A stretch of 63,478 nt of DNA, filler included. It is 6 parts of 6 records of this genome, joined end to end, with 100 filler letters (N's around TTAATTAATTAA, not from the genome) between each part and the next. Parts side by side here need not be neighbours in the genome. Positions count along the whole stretch, not along the records: positions 29,637 to 42,903 come from SRR20825006_1878; positions 43,004 to 48,083 come from SRR20825006_1881; positions 48,184 to 58,336 come from SRR20825006_1886; 3 more parts are not named here. One strand, written 5' to 3'. How positions within the stretch are numbered: position 1 is the first letter of the stretch; each line of letters opens with the position of its first letter. A model generated the notes under the pieces. The model was given only the letters and a program-made list of their open reading frames with translations, was not told where the DNA came from and searched no databases. Positions 42,701 through 51,669 of the stretch are shown here, piece by piece. Made by a program: the position numbers and the translations under genes.

Positions 42701-42782
42701 GAACCAGACCGTGTTCGTGGTCGCCGATGCTTACTTCACCACAGCGACCGATGCCTTCGACATCGACATCACCGTGCGTTGA
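33762..42782 (+). CDS. Giant (~3000 aa) Cys-rich surface lipoprotein with tandem PPC-like beta-sandwich repeats
   Basis: ATG after GGAG; lipobox FISAC; EGF-like Cys-rich N-terminus; CEPDAYEMNN/DVDVY PPC-like domain; repeated DGPD.FY.V/I.L domains separated by Cys-rich spacers. Confidence 0.85.
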   Translation: MKESSRHQTSAQAVFAEASGEVWSLARRLAFGVALLSISAFISACGGCGGDNNDTPDACEGVTCERGVCSAENDGVCVNADDCSADANLCLEGFECRDGSCQTDYPCNDVDNPCDRGTCQVGACVNTESCSIEADCLPGYVCDGGACVEDPCESGEVTCDRGVCSSDEAACVNKEVCAAASEGEDCLEGYKCYAQSCVNNDEFCAAIDCQRGICSFDEKACVSAPDCSDENGDPDDGLCLAGEYCNADNTCVANECEIGSVMCPRGECDRDSGECVNPGACDASQDCLPMFLCVDNVCTPEAEACGVEGCPGNQVCFHEEITLEASCIEDVNSGCTNAFDCVDDRICVNGACSPPPACEPDAYEMNNDEMSATLFQDVAPLGFVNVNLCSNDVDVYTYDTERDIDGIGKLVVQLDYAPEDIGLGILKAEILSPNGMVVAQGEAVDGRLDLNTDVTIVNKGVYTVRVSPGASGVTTAGVRYRLSIDVVDTTAIDACDIADTDAPLAADTMVMSNTVSGNSAALASTCADPDGLVAEDIYRIEVPTASYVTITATPSDMASDISVSLRSNCLRNTSQVPGSCSEQGGAGVEESSNALLSPGTYYIVVQGPAEGAGGSYSLVWSRQDVVCTSADNGCQDANTAQVCRPDGTGFDTENCLQGCNMMQGACNRLDGDLCSTATTVDPVTGYTGMIPWGSYRSDYDPGVGGCVITSDAGQTPTDGPDVTYSVTLQPNQGVVVDLTSNGNDVSLYAVTDCFDVTSTCQVGANANDAASNNDEFLFYANQGATAETILLVADVAASADGTYTDSAITISVNDIICTPGEVSCSAADESQQCDPTGTGYDVLEACQFGCDANSGLCLTPPNDTCSGAIALTSGVPAMAELGDYSNTDELSSSDCTGFSTPGGDAIYTIAVQENDIVDVLLTAPFDGAVWVATTCDPANDTLVGSCIGGADENFTGGDEQVQVVAPFTGDLYVVATSFSASGSGVFSLTATVTTPECTRGQPATCSSGTTLEYCDNIGFLQNYTCSTTCTNGACDDPIGDICPDPKVLDPLGGSIVGDTFGGTNSIEFPEGVSGNCYVGSFDETDGDENIYSIDLAAGDLFSLDVDSPETTINAFVLENCYELDSCQKNFLSEGPNSLEFYAQTAGTYFVVIDTSDNSSSDPYDLTWSVTSGLVCAPGQTYCQDATTMAKCDDAGSSALFTTTCANGCQAGYCLPDLTTTDTCSAASMATDVGQGISAVFSYDDLTNDVEMQTPNCVGQLTDGPDAFYKVTLQPTEILQASVISIYEFDDPQVYAFTDCADPVGTCVAGAPELGGDNTSEIQWANDTGAPVTLIVAADNESSFADEPFIFNIAVRTPECVPGERTCQPTPGINDQLRLCNDVGLYDIYTCDGACGTNAPGTCDSPSGEICFDPIPLRDPAQPGATSGEFVDQSFLTGDDVTLLEGRTGSCNIDTADQSDGPDTFYTISLAAGDVLTADLITTETTAYVMILEDCSADSCVANNVNPGAASVTYYADAPRDVFVVVDSTTTTSLDPYTLRWNVQSGLACAPGQFRCIDATTLGACSNDGLTEASVTCPGACDGNTCVADPLTGDTCTAASAAPAVTGSYSTYASYDDLTNDIDMPSSSCAGQQTDGPDLFVPVEVQAGQILSARVESFGDEPPIVFMVTDCAAPETSCVAGGEELGTSNVATATWVNDTGAPATVLVAADNEFSTADEPFGLFISLRSPECTPGARQCVPNSSTLQICNEFGLYDNYTCNGGCGNLNQGRCDNPTGDVCADAFVMTYPSGSVVDAAFEGSNSFELGQGATGGCFIDDFDENDGPDTHYSIDLQAGDVLDVTLTTAHTAAHLFLSEGCSPTSCVDNLWQQGSGTLSYYAPQATTVYVAVDTDFTSAVSEPYTLEWNVRTGLACVPGESRCTGPNMLGVCSNDGSSESMVTCPGACEGKACVADAVANDICATVAAGPDIGAGISVSSNFDLLTNDVQMATPNCTGQITDGPDLFYKVTVQPGEVLVASLESYGDEDPLLYAIEDCAAAEATCLAGAQEVGSTNYNEILWANDTGMPKSLIVGADSELSTANEVFGLSIAVRPPECTPGQQECGGDSLKLCNEFSLFDIYQCDGGCGNLQPGRCDNPTGDVCIDALTLTYPSGSIVDSQFEGNNTYQLPEGRTGGCFIDSFDENDGPDTFYRIDLQANDVVDVKLTTNHPEAYLFLLEGCGAAADCRDNLWQQGSGTLTYYAPQATSLLVAVDTDDASPSDTDLYTLEWSVRTGLNCAPSGYRCLDATTLGICSPDGAVETPVTCSVGCEAGGCVEDAMANDDCSLVAGGTDIGAGIAVYTTFDGRTDSVDMPTPNCTGQVTDGPDFFYKVNVPAGNVLHAYVESYGDEDPLVYGITDCNTPDATCVGGGQEFGSTNRSEFYWVNDTGLTATIIVGADSESTTADEPVGLFIENLQPQCTAGAVNCNAGQLEICNQFGLYDYYACDGGQCNATNDACLNPRGDVCADAVTLIDANGVGGPSGSVTGDFTGTNTVVFPSGRSAACHVDSFDESDDADTFYRVELKANDVLRAQLVTGNSGAHIYLTTTCGDASTCLANDFNLGGGTISYFSSVDQTVFIGIDSSVASTADYTLNYEVTNGLACAPNQFTCKDAMNLSKCSADGLTETVVPCNCVDGACVDDVANNDTCAAAVAAPLVGDAYAMFGTFDDHTDDIQMATPNCTNNLTDGPDAFVRVELAPNEILHAWVDSFGDEGPLVYAFSDCADAENSCVAGASESGSTDRAELYHVNNTGAPLTLFVAADSTFSTADEPFGLFVEKLQPQCVANTSQCGADGSTLEICNEFGVYEYYTCNGACDPQTGFCANPTGDICLDTIKVNDVAAGTTMTPQTYSYTGILFSSLTNSQTLDNANGCTSFDGANGPDAIFQVTLLPNQTVDVSQTSLNEDSVVYILTDCGDGGASCVDGGDDTFTGGTETATYTNTTGMNQTVFVVADAYFTTATDAFDIDITVR
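36870..42340 (+). repeat. Five tandem ~1.09-kb (~364 aa) intragenic repeats
   Basis: Unit start P(I/S/T/R)G(D/E)(I/V)C recurs near 36870, 37975, 39079, 40160, 41250 and 42340. Confidence 0.85.
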
Positions 42783-42832
42783 TGTTCGGCATCACCAGCG
42801 CGCCTGGCGCGCTGGTCCTGTGTGAATGATTC

Positions 42833-42872
42833 GAGAGCCCCGCAGCGCCAAGCTGCGGGGCTCTCTTCGTTT
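42833..42872 (+). terminator. Rho-independent terminator
   Basis: GAGAGCCCCGCAGC-GCCAA-GCTGCGGGGCTCTC then TTCGTTT; a second 11-bp inverted repeat lies at 42794-42816. Confidence 0.8.
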
Positions 42873-42903
42873 GGCGCCCCCCGCGGCCTCCCTTCGGTCG
42901 CCG

Positions 42904-43003
42904 NNNNNNNNNNNNNNNNNNNNNNNNNNNNNNNNNNNNNNNNNNNNTTAATTAATTAANNNNNNNNNNNNNNNNNNNNNNNNNNNNNNNNNNNNNNNNN
43001 NNN
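42904..43003. other. Artificial contig spacer
   Basis: N-run with TTAATTAATTAA. Confidence 0.99.
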
Positions 43004-43234
43004 ATCGCCTGTCTGGGCCATGAAGCCGTCAATCACGCGGTGGAACACCACGCCATCATAGGCCCCTTCGCGGGCCAGTTCGGTGATGCGGGCCACATGC
43101 TCGGGTGCCACGTCTTCCAGCAGGTCGATCTGGATCGTGCCCTTGGCGTTTTCGCCGTCGACCTCGATGGCCAGACCCGTGGCCAGCGCGGGGCTGGCCA
43201 GAAAGGCAAGCGGGATCAGAAGGTTACGCAACAT
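43004..43234 (-). CDS. Periplasmic cyclophilin-type peptidyl-prolyl isomerase (3' truncated)
   Basis: Signal peptide, APEHVARI, YDGVVFHRVIDGFMAQTGD. Confidence 0.9.
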
Positions 43235-43733
43235 CCGCGGCAACCTTGACGCTGATCATACGGTCGGGCTGCGCGGGCGGCTCGCCACGGGTGATCGCAT
43301 CCACATGTTCCATGCCGGAAATGACCTGACCGTAGACGGTGTATTGACCGTTCAGGAAATCATTGTCCTTGAAGTTGATGAAGAACTGGCTGTTGGCGCT
43401 GTTGGGGTTGGCCGAACGGGCCGCGCCGATGGAACCGCGGGCGTGCGGCACCTTGGAGAACTCGGCCGGCAGGTCGGGCAGCGACGAGCCACCGGTGCCA
43501 GCGGCACGGATGTTAAAGCCGTCTTCCATGTCGCCGTTTTGCACGTCGCCGGTCTGGGCCATGAAGCCCTCGATGACGCGGTGGAAGGCAACGTTGTCAT
43601 ATTCACCGGCACGGGCCAGCTCTTTCATCCGCTCGACATGCTTGGGCGCCAGGTCGGGCAGCAGCTGGATGACGACGGTGCCGCCTTTCAGCTCCATCAG
43701 GATGGTGTTTTCCGGGTCTTTGATCTCGGCCAT
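43224..43733 (-). CDS. Cyclophilin-type peptidyl-prolyl isomerase
   Basis: MAEIKDPENT; FHRVIEGFMAQTGD, GAARSANPNSANSQFFI, GQYTVYGQV. Confidence 0.95.
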   Translation of the reverse strand: MAEIKDPENTILMELKGGTVVIQLLPDLAPKHVERMKELARAGEYDNVAFHRVIEGFMAQTGDVQNGDMEDGFNIRAAGTGGSSLPDLPAEFSKVPHARGSIGAARSANPNSANSQFFINFKDNDFLNGQYTVYGQVISGMEHVDAITRGEPPAQPDRMISVKVAADVA

Positions 43734-43865
43734 TTTCGGCTCCTCTGTCTTGATATTGCAAGGATACCTAAGGCGCAGACCCGCTTTTGCCAAGCCGCTG
43801 CATTGACCTGAACGAGAAATGCCGCGAAACACCGCCCAACGGATCGGATCAAGGGGACCAAAACG

Positions 43866-45056
<1,191 letters not shown>

Positions 45057-45138
45057 GCAGCTGCACCCGGTCAATCGCCGCACGCGCCCCGCCCTGCTCG
45101 CCGGGGTGCGGCGGCACATCTCACAGTGTTGCACACCG

Positions 45139-45197
45139 GATTCACCTGACCCGTTTGTGTTCACACATAGCGAATCGAGGGATTCCCTTGGCGAATC
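45139..45197. promoter_or_regulatory. Cluster of four GANTC (CcrM) sites upstream of ftsB
   Basis: GATTC 45139, GAATC 45172, GATTC 45181, GAATC 45193. Confidence 0.5.
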
Positions 45198-45255
45198 ATC
45201 TGTGACATAAAGAAATCATCGCCCACCCAAGAGGCGAAACCTAAAGGCAGCAGTC

Positions 45256-45555
45256 ATGACCCGCATCGCGCGCCCCGCATTTGGTACATTCCTCTTTTTC
45301 GCCGTGGCCTTTGCCTTGTGCGTCTACTTTACCTTTGCCGCCGTGCAGGGGGATTTCGGACTGTTCCAGCGCGCGCAGATTGATGCCGAAAGCCGTGTGC
45401 TGGCGGCGCAGCTGGCCGAAGTGCGCGCCGACGTGACGCGCATGGAGAACCTGACCTACCGTTTGTCCGACGACTATCTTGACCTTGACCTGCTGGACGA
45501 ACAGGCCCGCCGGGTTCTGGGCATGGTCCGCAGCGACGAGATCGTCATTCGCTGA
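45256..45555 (+). CDS. ftsB: Septum formation initiator (FtsB/DivIC)
   Basis: 99 aa; single TM, YFTFAAVQGDFGL, coiled coil, LDLDLLDEQARRVLG. Confidence 0.88.
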   Translation: MTRIARPAFGTFLFFAVAFALCVYFTFAAVQGDFGLFQRAQIDAESRVLAAQLAEVRADVTRMENLTYRLSDDYLDLDLLDEQARRVLGMVRSDEIVIR

Positions 45556-46077
45556 CACGTTGCCAACGGCAACCGGGCGCGCCCCTCTGCCGCCAGCCCT
45601 CCCCACATTTTTCGAATCGCACATGGCACAGTCGCGCATCAATAGTGGCAAACCTGTGCCAAGCCGCGTCCCGCCCGTCAGATTTTAGGACGCGCTGACC
45701 GTCGAACCCATCCGCTGCGCCCTGGTCCAGTGCATATGGGCGAGAATATTTTGGTCCCTTGAGACCCCAGCTTTGGCAACAGCGGACAGAACATGTTCGA
45801 TTGGTGGTGTTGGGCAAGAATTTGACCACCCCGGAAAAGCAAGGCCGCACAACTTAAGGTGTTTTTATCGCTGCGGGAGGCAAAACCAACACACAACCAT
45901 AAAGTGTATAATATTGGATCAATAGCCTGAATAAGAGCGAGATGACACTCTCGATTACCAACAAAATATAATTCTATGGGATTGAAATTTGCTAGTAGCA
46001 ATGTATTTGCCAAATTCCCGCCACAGTTCGAATACACCCTTAAGCAGAGTTAACCATTCTGTTTGCGAGGTAACAAT

Positions 46078-47442
46078 ATGTCTGAGCTTACATGGAATCT
46101 CCTCTCTATCCCGAACAACAACGGAACGTGGAATTTCGGCACGCTTAACTGGAGCGTCGAAGTCATTGACGTGATCACATTGCTCACCGTTTCGCTTCCT
46201 GCCCTGTTCGCTAATGGCGACGATGTCATCTTTGTCGATGATGACTACACCGTAACAATCGAAACCGGTGGGCTGGGCGTACGGGCCGGAGACATCACCC
46301 TTGAAGGTGGCAATGTTCTGATTACGGGCGACGCGGACGAAGACCTGCGCCTGGGCACAGGATCACTCGTCTCGGTCGCCAGCGGTGCCACTTTGACCGT
46401 CGCACAGGACATTACCGCAGGCGACGTCGTTCTGGGCGACACCGGCACACTGATCCTGAACGGTGCGAACAGCCACACAGGTGCAACCACTGTCGGCGTT
46501 GGTACGCTCGAGGTGAACGGGTCCATCACCGCATCAGACGTCAGCGTCTCTGGCACCGGCGTGCTGCAGGGCACGGGCACTATTTTCTCCGATGTCACGC
46601 TGGCCGGTGGCACGTTGGCCGGATCGCTGACCTTTGGCGGCGGGCTGGATGTCACGGGAACCACCACCGTGAACACCGATTTGACCTTCAACAATCTGGC
46701 CAACACATTGGACCTGACCAATCAGGCGCAGGTCAACGGACGGGTCTATATGAAGGGCGGCAATGATGTCCTGAACGTTGGCAGCAATGCCGGGATCGAC
46801 GGCAATGTGCTGACCGGGTCGGGCGATGACAATGTCACCGCGACCGGCAGCCTGTCGGGCTTTGTCCGACTGGGCAACGGCAACGACACCTTTGACAGCA
46901 CCGGATCATCCGAAGCCCGCACCGTGATCGCAGGTCAGGGTGACGACACGATGACCGGCGGCAGCGGCGACGACCTGCTGCGGGGTGAAGGGGCCAACGA
47001 CGTGATCAACGGCGGCGACGGCAACGACATCCTTGACGGCGGCAAAGGCCGCGATGTCATCGACGGCGGTGCGGGCGACGACATGATCTATGGCGGCAAC
47101 GGCAACGACACGCTAACCGGGGGTGCAGGTGCCGATCTGTTCATCTTTACCGAGATCGAGGACCTCTGGAACGGCGGCACCCGCGAGGTGATCACCGACT
47201 TTACTCAAGGCGAGGACCGCCTGCGGATGCGCGGCATCGACGCGGATATCACCACGGGCGGCGACCAGAACTTCAACTTTGTCGGCGACGCAGACTTTAG
47301 CGGAACCGCAGGCGAATTGCGGTCGATAATCTCGGACGGTCGTACCTTTGTCAGCGGTGACGTGGACGGCGATGGCCTGGCCGACTTCCATCTGATCCTG
47401 GACGGCGAAATCACCTTGCTGGGGTCGGATATCATTCTGTAA
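46078..47442 (+). CDS. RTX-type Ca-binding secreted protein with one autotransporter-associated beta-strand repeat and serralysin-like C-terminal domain
   Basis: ATG after GAGG; GTLILNGANSHTGATTVGVGTL; about 7 GGxGxDxLx nonapeptides; VITDFTQGEDRL...IDAD...GDQNFNFVG...GDVDGDGLADF. Confidence 0.82.
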   Translation: MSELTWNLLSIPNNNGTWNFGTLNWSVEVIDVITLLTVSLPALFANGDDVIFVDDDYTVTIETGGLGVRAGDITLEGGNVLITGDADEDLRLGTGSLVSVASGATLTVAQDITAGDVVLGDTGTLILNGANSHTGATTVGVGTLEVNGSITASDVSVSGTGVLQGTGTIFSDVTLAGGTLAGSLTFGGGLDVTGTTTVNTDLTFNNLANTLDLTNQAQVNGRVYMKGGNDVLNVGSNAGIDGNVLTGSGDDNVTATGSLSGFVRLGNGNDTFDSTGSSEARTVIAGQGDDTMTGGSGDDLLRGEGANDVINGGDGNDILDGGKGRDVIDGGAGDDMIYGGNGNDTLTGGAGADLFIFTEIEDLWNGGTREVITDFTQGEDRLRMRGIDADITTGGDQNFNFVGDADFSGTAGELRSIISDGRTFVSGDVDGDGLADFHLILDGEITLLGSDIIL

Positions 47443-47519
47443 CCCCGCCGCCGCGCCCCCGGTCTGTCGCAGAGGAATTCATCCCGTTCCACCGCGATGG
47501 CGCGGCACAGCAAGTGACA

Positions 47520-47547
47520 CACTGCCCCCGCTATGCCGGGGGCAGTG
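47520..47547. terminator. 11-bp inverted repeat downstream of RTX gene
   Basis: CACTGCCCCCG-CTATGC-CGGGGGCAGTG. Confidence 0.5.
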
Positions 47548-47712
47548 GCACGTTTGGCCCCCCGGATCTGCGTCTACGCCCTGAAAATCCACCATCTGCA
47601 CGCAGATTCAAACGCTCAGGTGCCGGAAAACAAGGCACGCCCCGACAATACGGGCGCGAATTGCCACGCGTGAATATAACCTCTCGCATCGCTCCACCGA
47701 ATCCGATAAAAG

Positions 47713-47732
47713 ATAGTTTAACGCTAAACTAT
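47713..47732. promoter_or_regulatory. Palindromic operator-like site upstream of pdhA
   Basis: ATAGTTTA-ACGC-TAAACTAT, 21 nt before the ATG and just upstream of the GGGAGG RBS. Confidence 0.55.
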
Positions 47733-47753
47733 TAACGTCAGGGAGGGTCGCGC

Positions 47754-48083
47754 ATGGCCGCGAGAAAGACCACCAAGAAGCCGAATGTCTCGGCAGACGA
47801 GCTGAAGGCCTATTATCACGACATGCTGCTGATCCGCCGTTTCGAGGAAAAGGCAGGCCAGCTTTATGGCATGGGTCTGATCGGCGGCTTTTGTCACCTT
47901 TATATCGGGCAAGAAGCCGTTGTCGTTGGCCTGGAAGCCACGACCAAGGAAGGCGACAGCCGCATTACCACCTACCGCGACCACGGCCACATGCTGGCCT
48001 GCGGCATGGACCCCAATGGCGTCATGGCCGAGCTGACCGGCCGCGAGGACGGCTATTCCAAGGGCAAGGGCGGCTCGATGCAC
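47754..48083 (+). CDS. pdhA: Pyruvate dehydrogenase E1 alpha (3' truncated)
   Basis: IRRFEEKAGQLYGMGLIGGFCHLYIGQEA, TYRDHGH, GKGGSMH. Confidence 0.96.
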
Positions 48084-48183
48084 NNNNNNNNNNNNNNNNN
48101 NNNNNNNNNNNNNNNNNNNNNNNNNNNTTAATTAATTAANNNNNNNNNNNNNNNNNNNNNNNNNNNNNNNNNNNNNNNNNNNN
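48084..48183. other. Artificial contig spacer
   Basis: N-run with TTAATTAATTAA. Confidence 0.99.
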
Positions 48184-48984
48184 AACCGCCTGATCCATAT
48201 CGGCATCGGGCATAATGATCATGTGGTTTTTCGCACCACCAAGGGCCTGACAACGTTTGCACTGCGCGGTTGCGGTTTCATAGATGTATTTGGCAATCGG
48301 GGTCGAACCGACAAAGCTGATTGCGGTGACGTCCGCATCAAACAAAAGCGCATCGACAGCTTCTTTGTCGCCCTGAACAACGTTAAATACGCCATTCGGA
48401 AGACCTGCCTCGGTCAGCCATTCGGCCAGCAGCAACGCTGCGGACGGATCGCGTTCTGATGGTTTGAGGATAAAGCAGTTGCCACATGCAAGGGCAACCG
48501 GGAACATCCACATCGGCACCATCGCCGGGAAGTTGAACGGCGTGATCCCGGCAACAATGCCAAGCGGCTGACGGATCGAATGACTATCAACTTTGGTGCC
48601 GACGTTTTCGGTGAACTCACCCTTAAGCAACTGCGGGGCGCCGGTTGCAAATTCAACAACCTCAATCCCGCGGGTGACTTCACCCAGCGCATCGGACAGA
48701 ACCTTGCCGTGTTCGGCGGTGATGGCTGCGGCCAATTCTTCGGCGCGGTCTTCCAGAATGCCAAGGAATTTGTTCAGGATACGCGAACGGCGCAGCGGGG
48801 TTGTGTTGGCCCATTCGTCGCGCACGGCGACGGCGGATTCAACAGCAGCGCGGACTTCGGATTTCGAGGCAAGATCAACCGTCGCACTTTGCGCACCGGT
48901 TGCCGGATTGAAAACCGGTGCTGAACGACCGGACGTACCGGCAACGCGCTTGCCGTTGATATAGTGGGTGAGCTGGTTGGACAT
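48184..48984 (-). CDS. mmsA: CoA-acylating methylmalonate-semialdehyde dehydrogenase (3' truncated)
   Basis: [55 protein letters not shown]. Confidence 0.92.
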
Positions 48985-49137
48985 TAGGTGTCTCCCGATA
49001 AACCTGATTTGGTGATTGCGTGATGATAGCATCCGCAAAGTGTCCTTATTATGCCTATGCACAGCGATGCACATCAATTATCATTCCTGCAAATTCGATG
49101 TGCAAAAATTAAAGTCGCATAAAGGCCGTTACCGATT

Positions 49138-50025
49138 ATGGATTGGGATCGCTTTCGCATATTCCTTGCCGTCGCCAGACAGGGACAAATCCTTGGCGCA
49201 GCCCGGCTACTTGGCCTGAACCATGCAACCGTGGGCCGACAACTGACCACGCTTGAGCAGGAACTGGGCATTAAACTGATCGAACGGCGCACCACCGGGT
49301 CGGAGTTAACCGCCGCCGGGCGAGAGCTTATGCAGGCGGCAGAGGCGGCTGAATCTGCCTTCCTTCGGGCCGGAACGGCGGTTTCGAACCGCACAGAATC
49401 CATAAGTGGCACCGTGCGCGTCGGTGTCCCGGACGGGCTTGGTAACTATTTTCTGGCAAGTGAGCTGGCCGGTTTTGCGGCAGAACATCCCGATCTTGTG
49501 ATCCAGTTGGTCCCGCTTCCGCGCACATTCTCGCTGTCACAGCGCGAAGCCGATATCGCCATCACCCTTGATCGTCCGAAACAAGGCCGTTTGGTGATCA
49601 AGAAACTCACCGACTATACGCTCAGCGTCTATGCCACCAACGCCTATATCGCGCGGTTTGGGGTGGTGGATACAGAAGCCGACTTATCTGATCGCTTGTT
49701 TGTCACCCATATCGAAGATTTGATTTACAGCCGCGCACTTGATTATGCCGCCCGCCTTGGCAAATTGATGCGCCGACGCTTTGAATGCGGTAGCGTGGTT
49801 GCCCAGATGGAAGCTGTCCACAACGGGCACGGCATCGGCATCCTGCATGATTACGCCACCAAAGGCGTGCCTGATCTGATCCGTTTACTGCCCGAAATCC
49901 GCTTTACGCGCAATTACTGGATGCTCCAGCACCCGGACACCAAAGACACCAGAAGTGTCGCCGCCGTTGCGGAATACATTACCCGTGTCGTCCGCACAGA
50001 ACGCGACCGGTTTGTAATGAGCTAA
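49138..50025 (+). CDS. LysR-family transcriptional regulator, divergent from mmsA
   Basis: [40 protein letters not shown]; 295 aa. Confidence 0.95.
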   Translation: MDWDRFRIFLAVARQGQILGAARLLGLNHATVGRQLTTLEQELGIKLIERRTTGSELTAAGRELMQAAEAAESAFLRAGTAVSNRTESISGTVRVGVPDGLGNYFLASELAGFAAEHPDLVIQLVPLPRTFSLSQREADIAITLDRPKQGRLVIKKLTDYTLSVYATNAYIARFGVVDTEADLSDRLFVTHIEDLIYSRALDYAARLGKLMRRRFECGSVVAQMEAVHNGHGIGILHDYATKGVPDLIRLLPEIRFTRNYWMLQHPDTKDTRSVAAVAEYITRVVRTERDRFVMS

Positions 50026-50093
50026 AGCAAGTCTCTCAGATGCCCCGCATTGCACAAAAGATATCCACCCTAACCAAAGCATACCAAAATAAG

Positions 50094-50128
50094 AACGGGC
50101 CCAAAGACGTTTCGTCTTTGGGCCCGTT
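50094..50128. terminator. Bidirectional terminator between convergent genes
   Basis: AACGGGCCCAAAGACG-TTT-CGTCTTTGGGCCCGTT (16-bp stem). Confidence 0.8.
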
Positions 50129-50196
50129 AATGGTGCGTGCCATGTCCAGAAAAGAGCAGCGTGACGTCAACCAGCCGCCAAACTAGTGACCATCGG

Positions 50197-50601
50197 TCAC
50201 TTTTTTCGCCAATCCACATCAATCACTTGTTGCTTGGACATTCTGCGCAGGTTTTCTTCGAAGTAATCGCGGATTTGATTCAGTCCCTTGCCATCCGAGG
50301 CCGACATCGCGACCGTCAAAAATGACGAACTGGCAGAAATTTCACATACACCGTCTTCAAAGGCCAGAAGCCCTCTGTTCGGGTCCCGCAGCTCCCCGCG
50401 AACAGGTTCCTGCGCTTCTCCAAGAAACTCTTGAAGGTAAACGGGGGCATTGCGTACATAGATATCAGCAAAACAATAGTTGGCGTCCATTTCCCGATCC
50501 AATCCAACATCAGGCAGGTCTGGCATCTCTGGTGAATGAGCCGTTGCTTCCTCACCTGTATCTTCCCCGACATCTTTCGCACTGATCATCCGGTCAGACA
50601 T
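50197..50601 (-). CDS. DUF2218-like small protein
   Basis: Pattern A..YL...F.DGVCEI.A...L.V...D...L.......L.R......V.W resembles DUF2218; acidic N-terminal extension. Confidence 0.45.
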   Translation of the reverse strand: MSDRMISAKDVGEDTGEEATAHSPEMPDLPDVGLDREMDANYCFADIYVRNAPVYLQEFLGEAQEPVRGELRDPNRGLLAFEDGVCEISASSSFLTVAMSASDGKGLNQIRDYFEENLRRMSKQQVIDVDWRKK

Positions 50602-50856
50602 GCACAAACCCATTTTTCCAATGGTGCCAAACGTGCACCAAGCTAATCCCCTTACCCCTTTCGCATGCATAGCACAGAGCCATCGCACGCGGCAATAGTG
50701 ACCATTGGTCACTAAAATGTGAGGCGTTTGTGTAACCCCGCATTCCTAAAGGCAAAATGTCGCAAAATTCCAAGATCGCAAGTCTTGGACGCAACTTTTT
50801 TAAAGAAAATTGCTGCATCCGCACAAATTATTGATTTTTGGCGGCTTTTTAGACGC

Positions 50857-50894
50857 AAAAAAACGGGCGTCCTAGCCTAGGATCGCCCGCTTTG
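50857..50894 (-). terminator. Rho-independent terminator of FAH-family remnant
   Basis: A7 tract followed by CGGGCG.TCCTAG-C-CTAGGA.TCGCCCG imperfect stem. Confidence 0.6.
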
Positions 50895-50934
50895 TCATAA
50901 AATTTTAAAGATACTGGAACAGTGCAGTTGCCTT

Positions 50935-51330
50935 CTAACCCTGAACAACTTCCTGTCGCTGGCAGCTCAGACCTTCGAATCCAAGCTCCATTACATCATC
51001 GGGCTTTAAGAACACTTGCGGGTTTTGCCCCATCCCAACACCGGGTGGCCTGCCAGTTGAAATGATATCACCGGGCTGCAAGCTCATGAAGCTCGACAGG
51101 TAGCTCACCACAAACGCAACCCCATATACCATGGTCTTTGTACTGCCATCCTGATAGCGCTTGTTATCGATATCCAGCCACATCGACAGGTTCTGTGGAT
51201 CTGCGATCTCATCACGGGTGACAAGCCACGGGCCGGTGGGGCCAAAAGTATCGGCACTTTTTCCCTTTACCCATTGCCCGGAATGTTCAAGTTGAAAGGC
51301 GCGCTCCGAAACGTCATTGGTCAGGCAACG
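50935..51330 (-). pseudogene. 5'-truncated fumarylacetoacetate-hydrolase-family (ureidoglycolate lyase/FAHD-like) remnant
   Basis: Only the C-terminal half is present (NDVSERAFQ, WVKGKSADTFGPTGPW, LQPGDIISTG); conserved GTPPGVG reads GRPPGVG; the N-terminal part with the metal-binding ExE is absent. Confidence 0.75.
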
Positions 51331-51669
51331 GCCCCAGCTTTTCCTTACCCAATGGGCCATAGCGCAAAAGTTTCAGCATCTACCTCCCGATATTATTTAT
51401 TGTTGCTTATTCTGCACCGTTCTGGCCGCACTGCCGCAATCCCCGGATACAGACATATTCATTCCTCATACAATAGTGTTGTCACAGCATGAAGCCAAAG
51501 CGCAAGTCATGTGGTTTTCAAAATCACTTTCTTGAACCTCACATCCTCAAAAGTAAGGAGTGGAGAACCGCTCCAATTCTATGAAGTCGTTGCACTTCGC
51601 GACATTGCGCTCGATGATGATTGCAATACGCGCCTACTCGAACAAATTGACAAAGGAAGTGCCTCCCCC

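Noticed and set aside
46040-46053. Full CtrA box TTAA-N7-TTAA
   Set aside because: Spacing is N6 (TTAA-GCAGAG-TTAA); only the half-site-like TTAACCAT is retained as a weak note
49050-49120. LysR T-N11-A box between mmsA and lysR
   Set aside because: TGCA repeats are present but the spacing does not give a clean dyad, so the site cannot be placed
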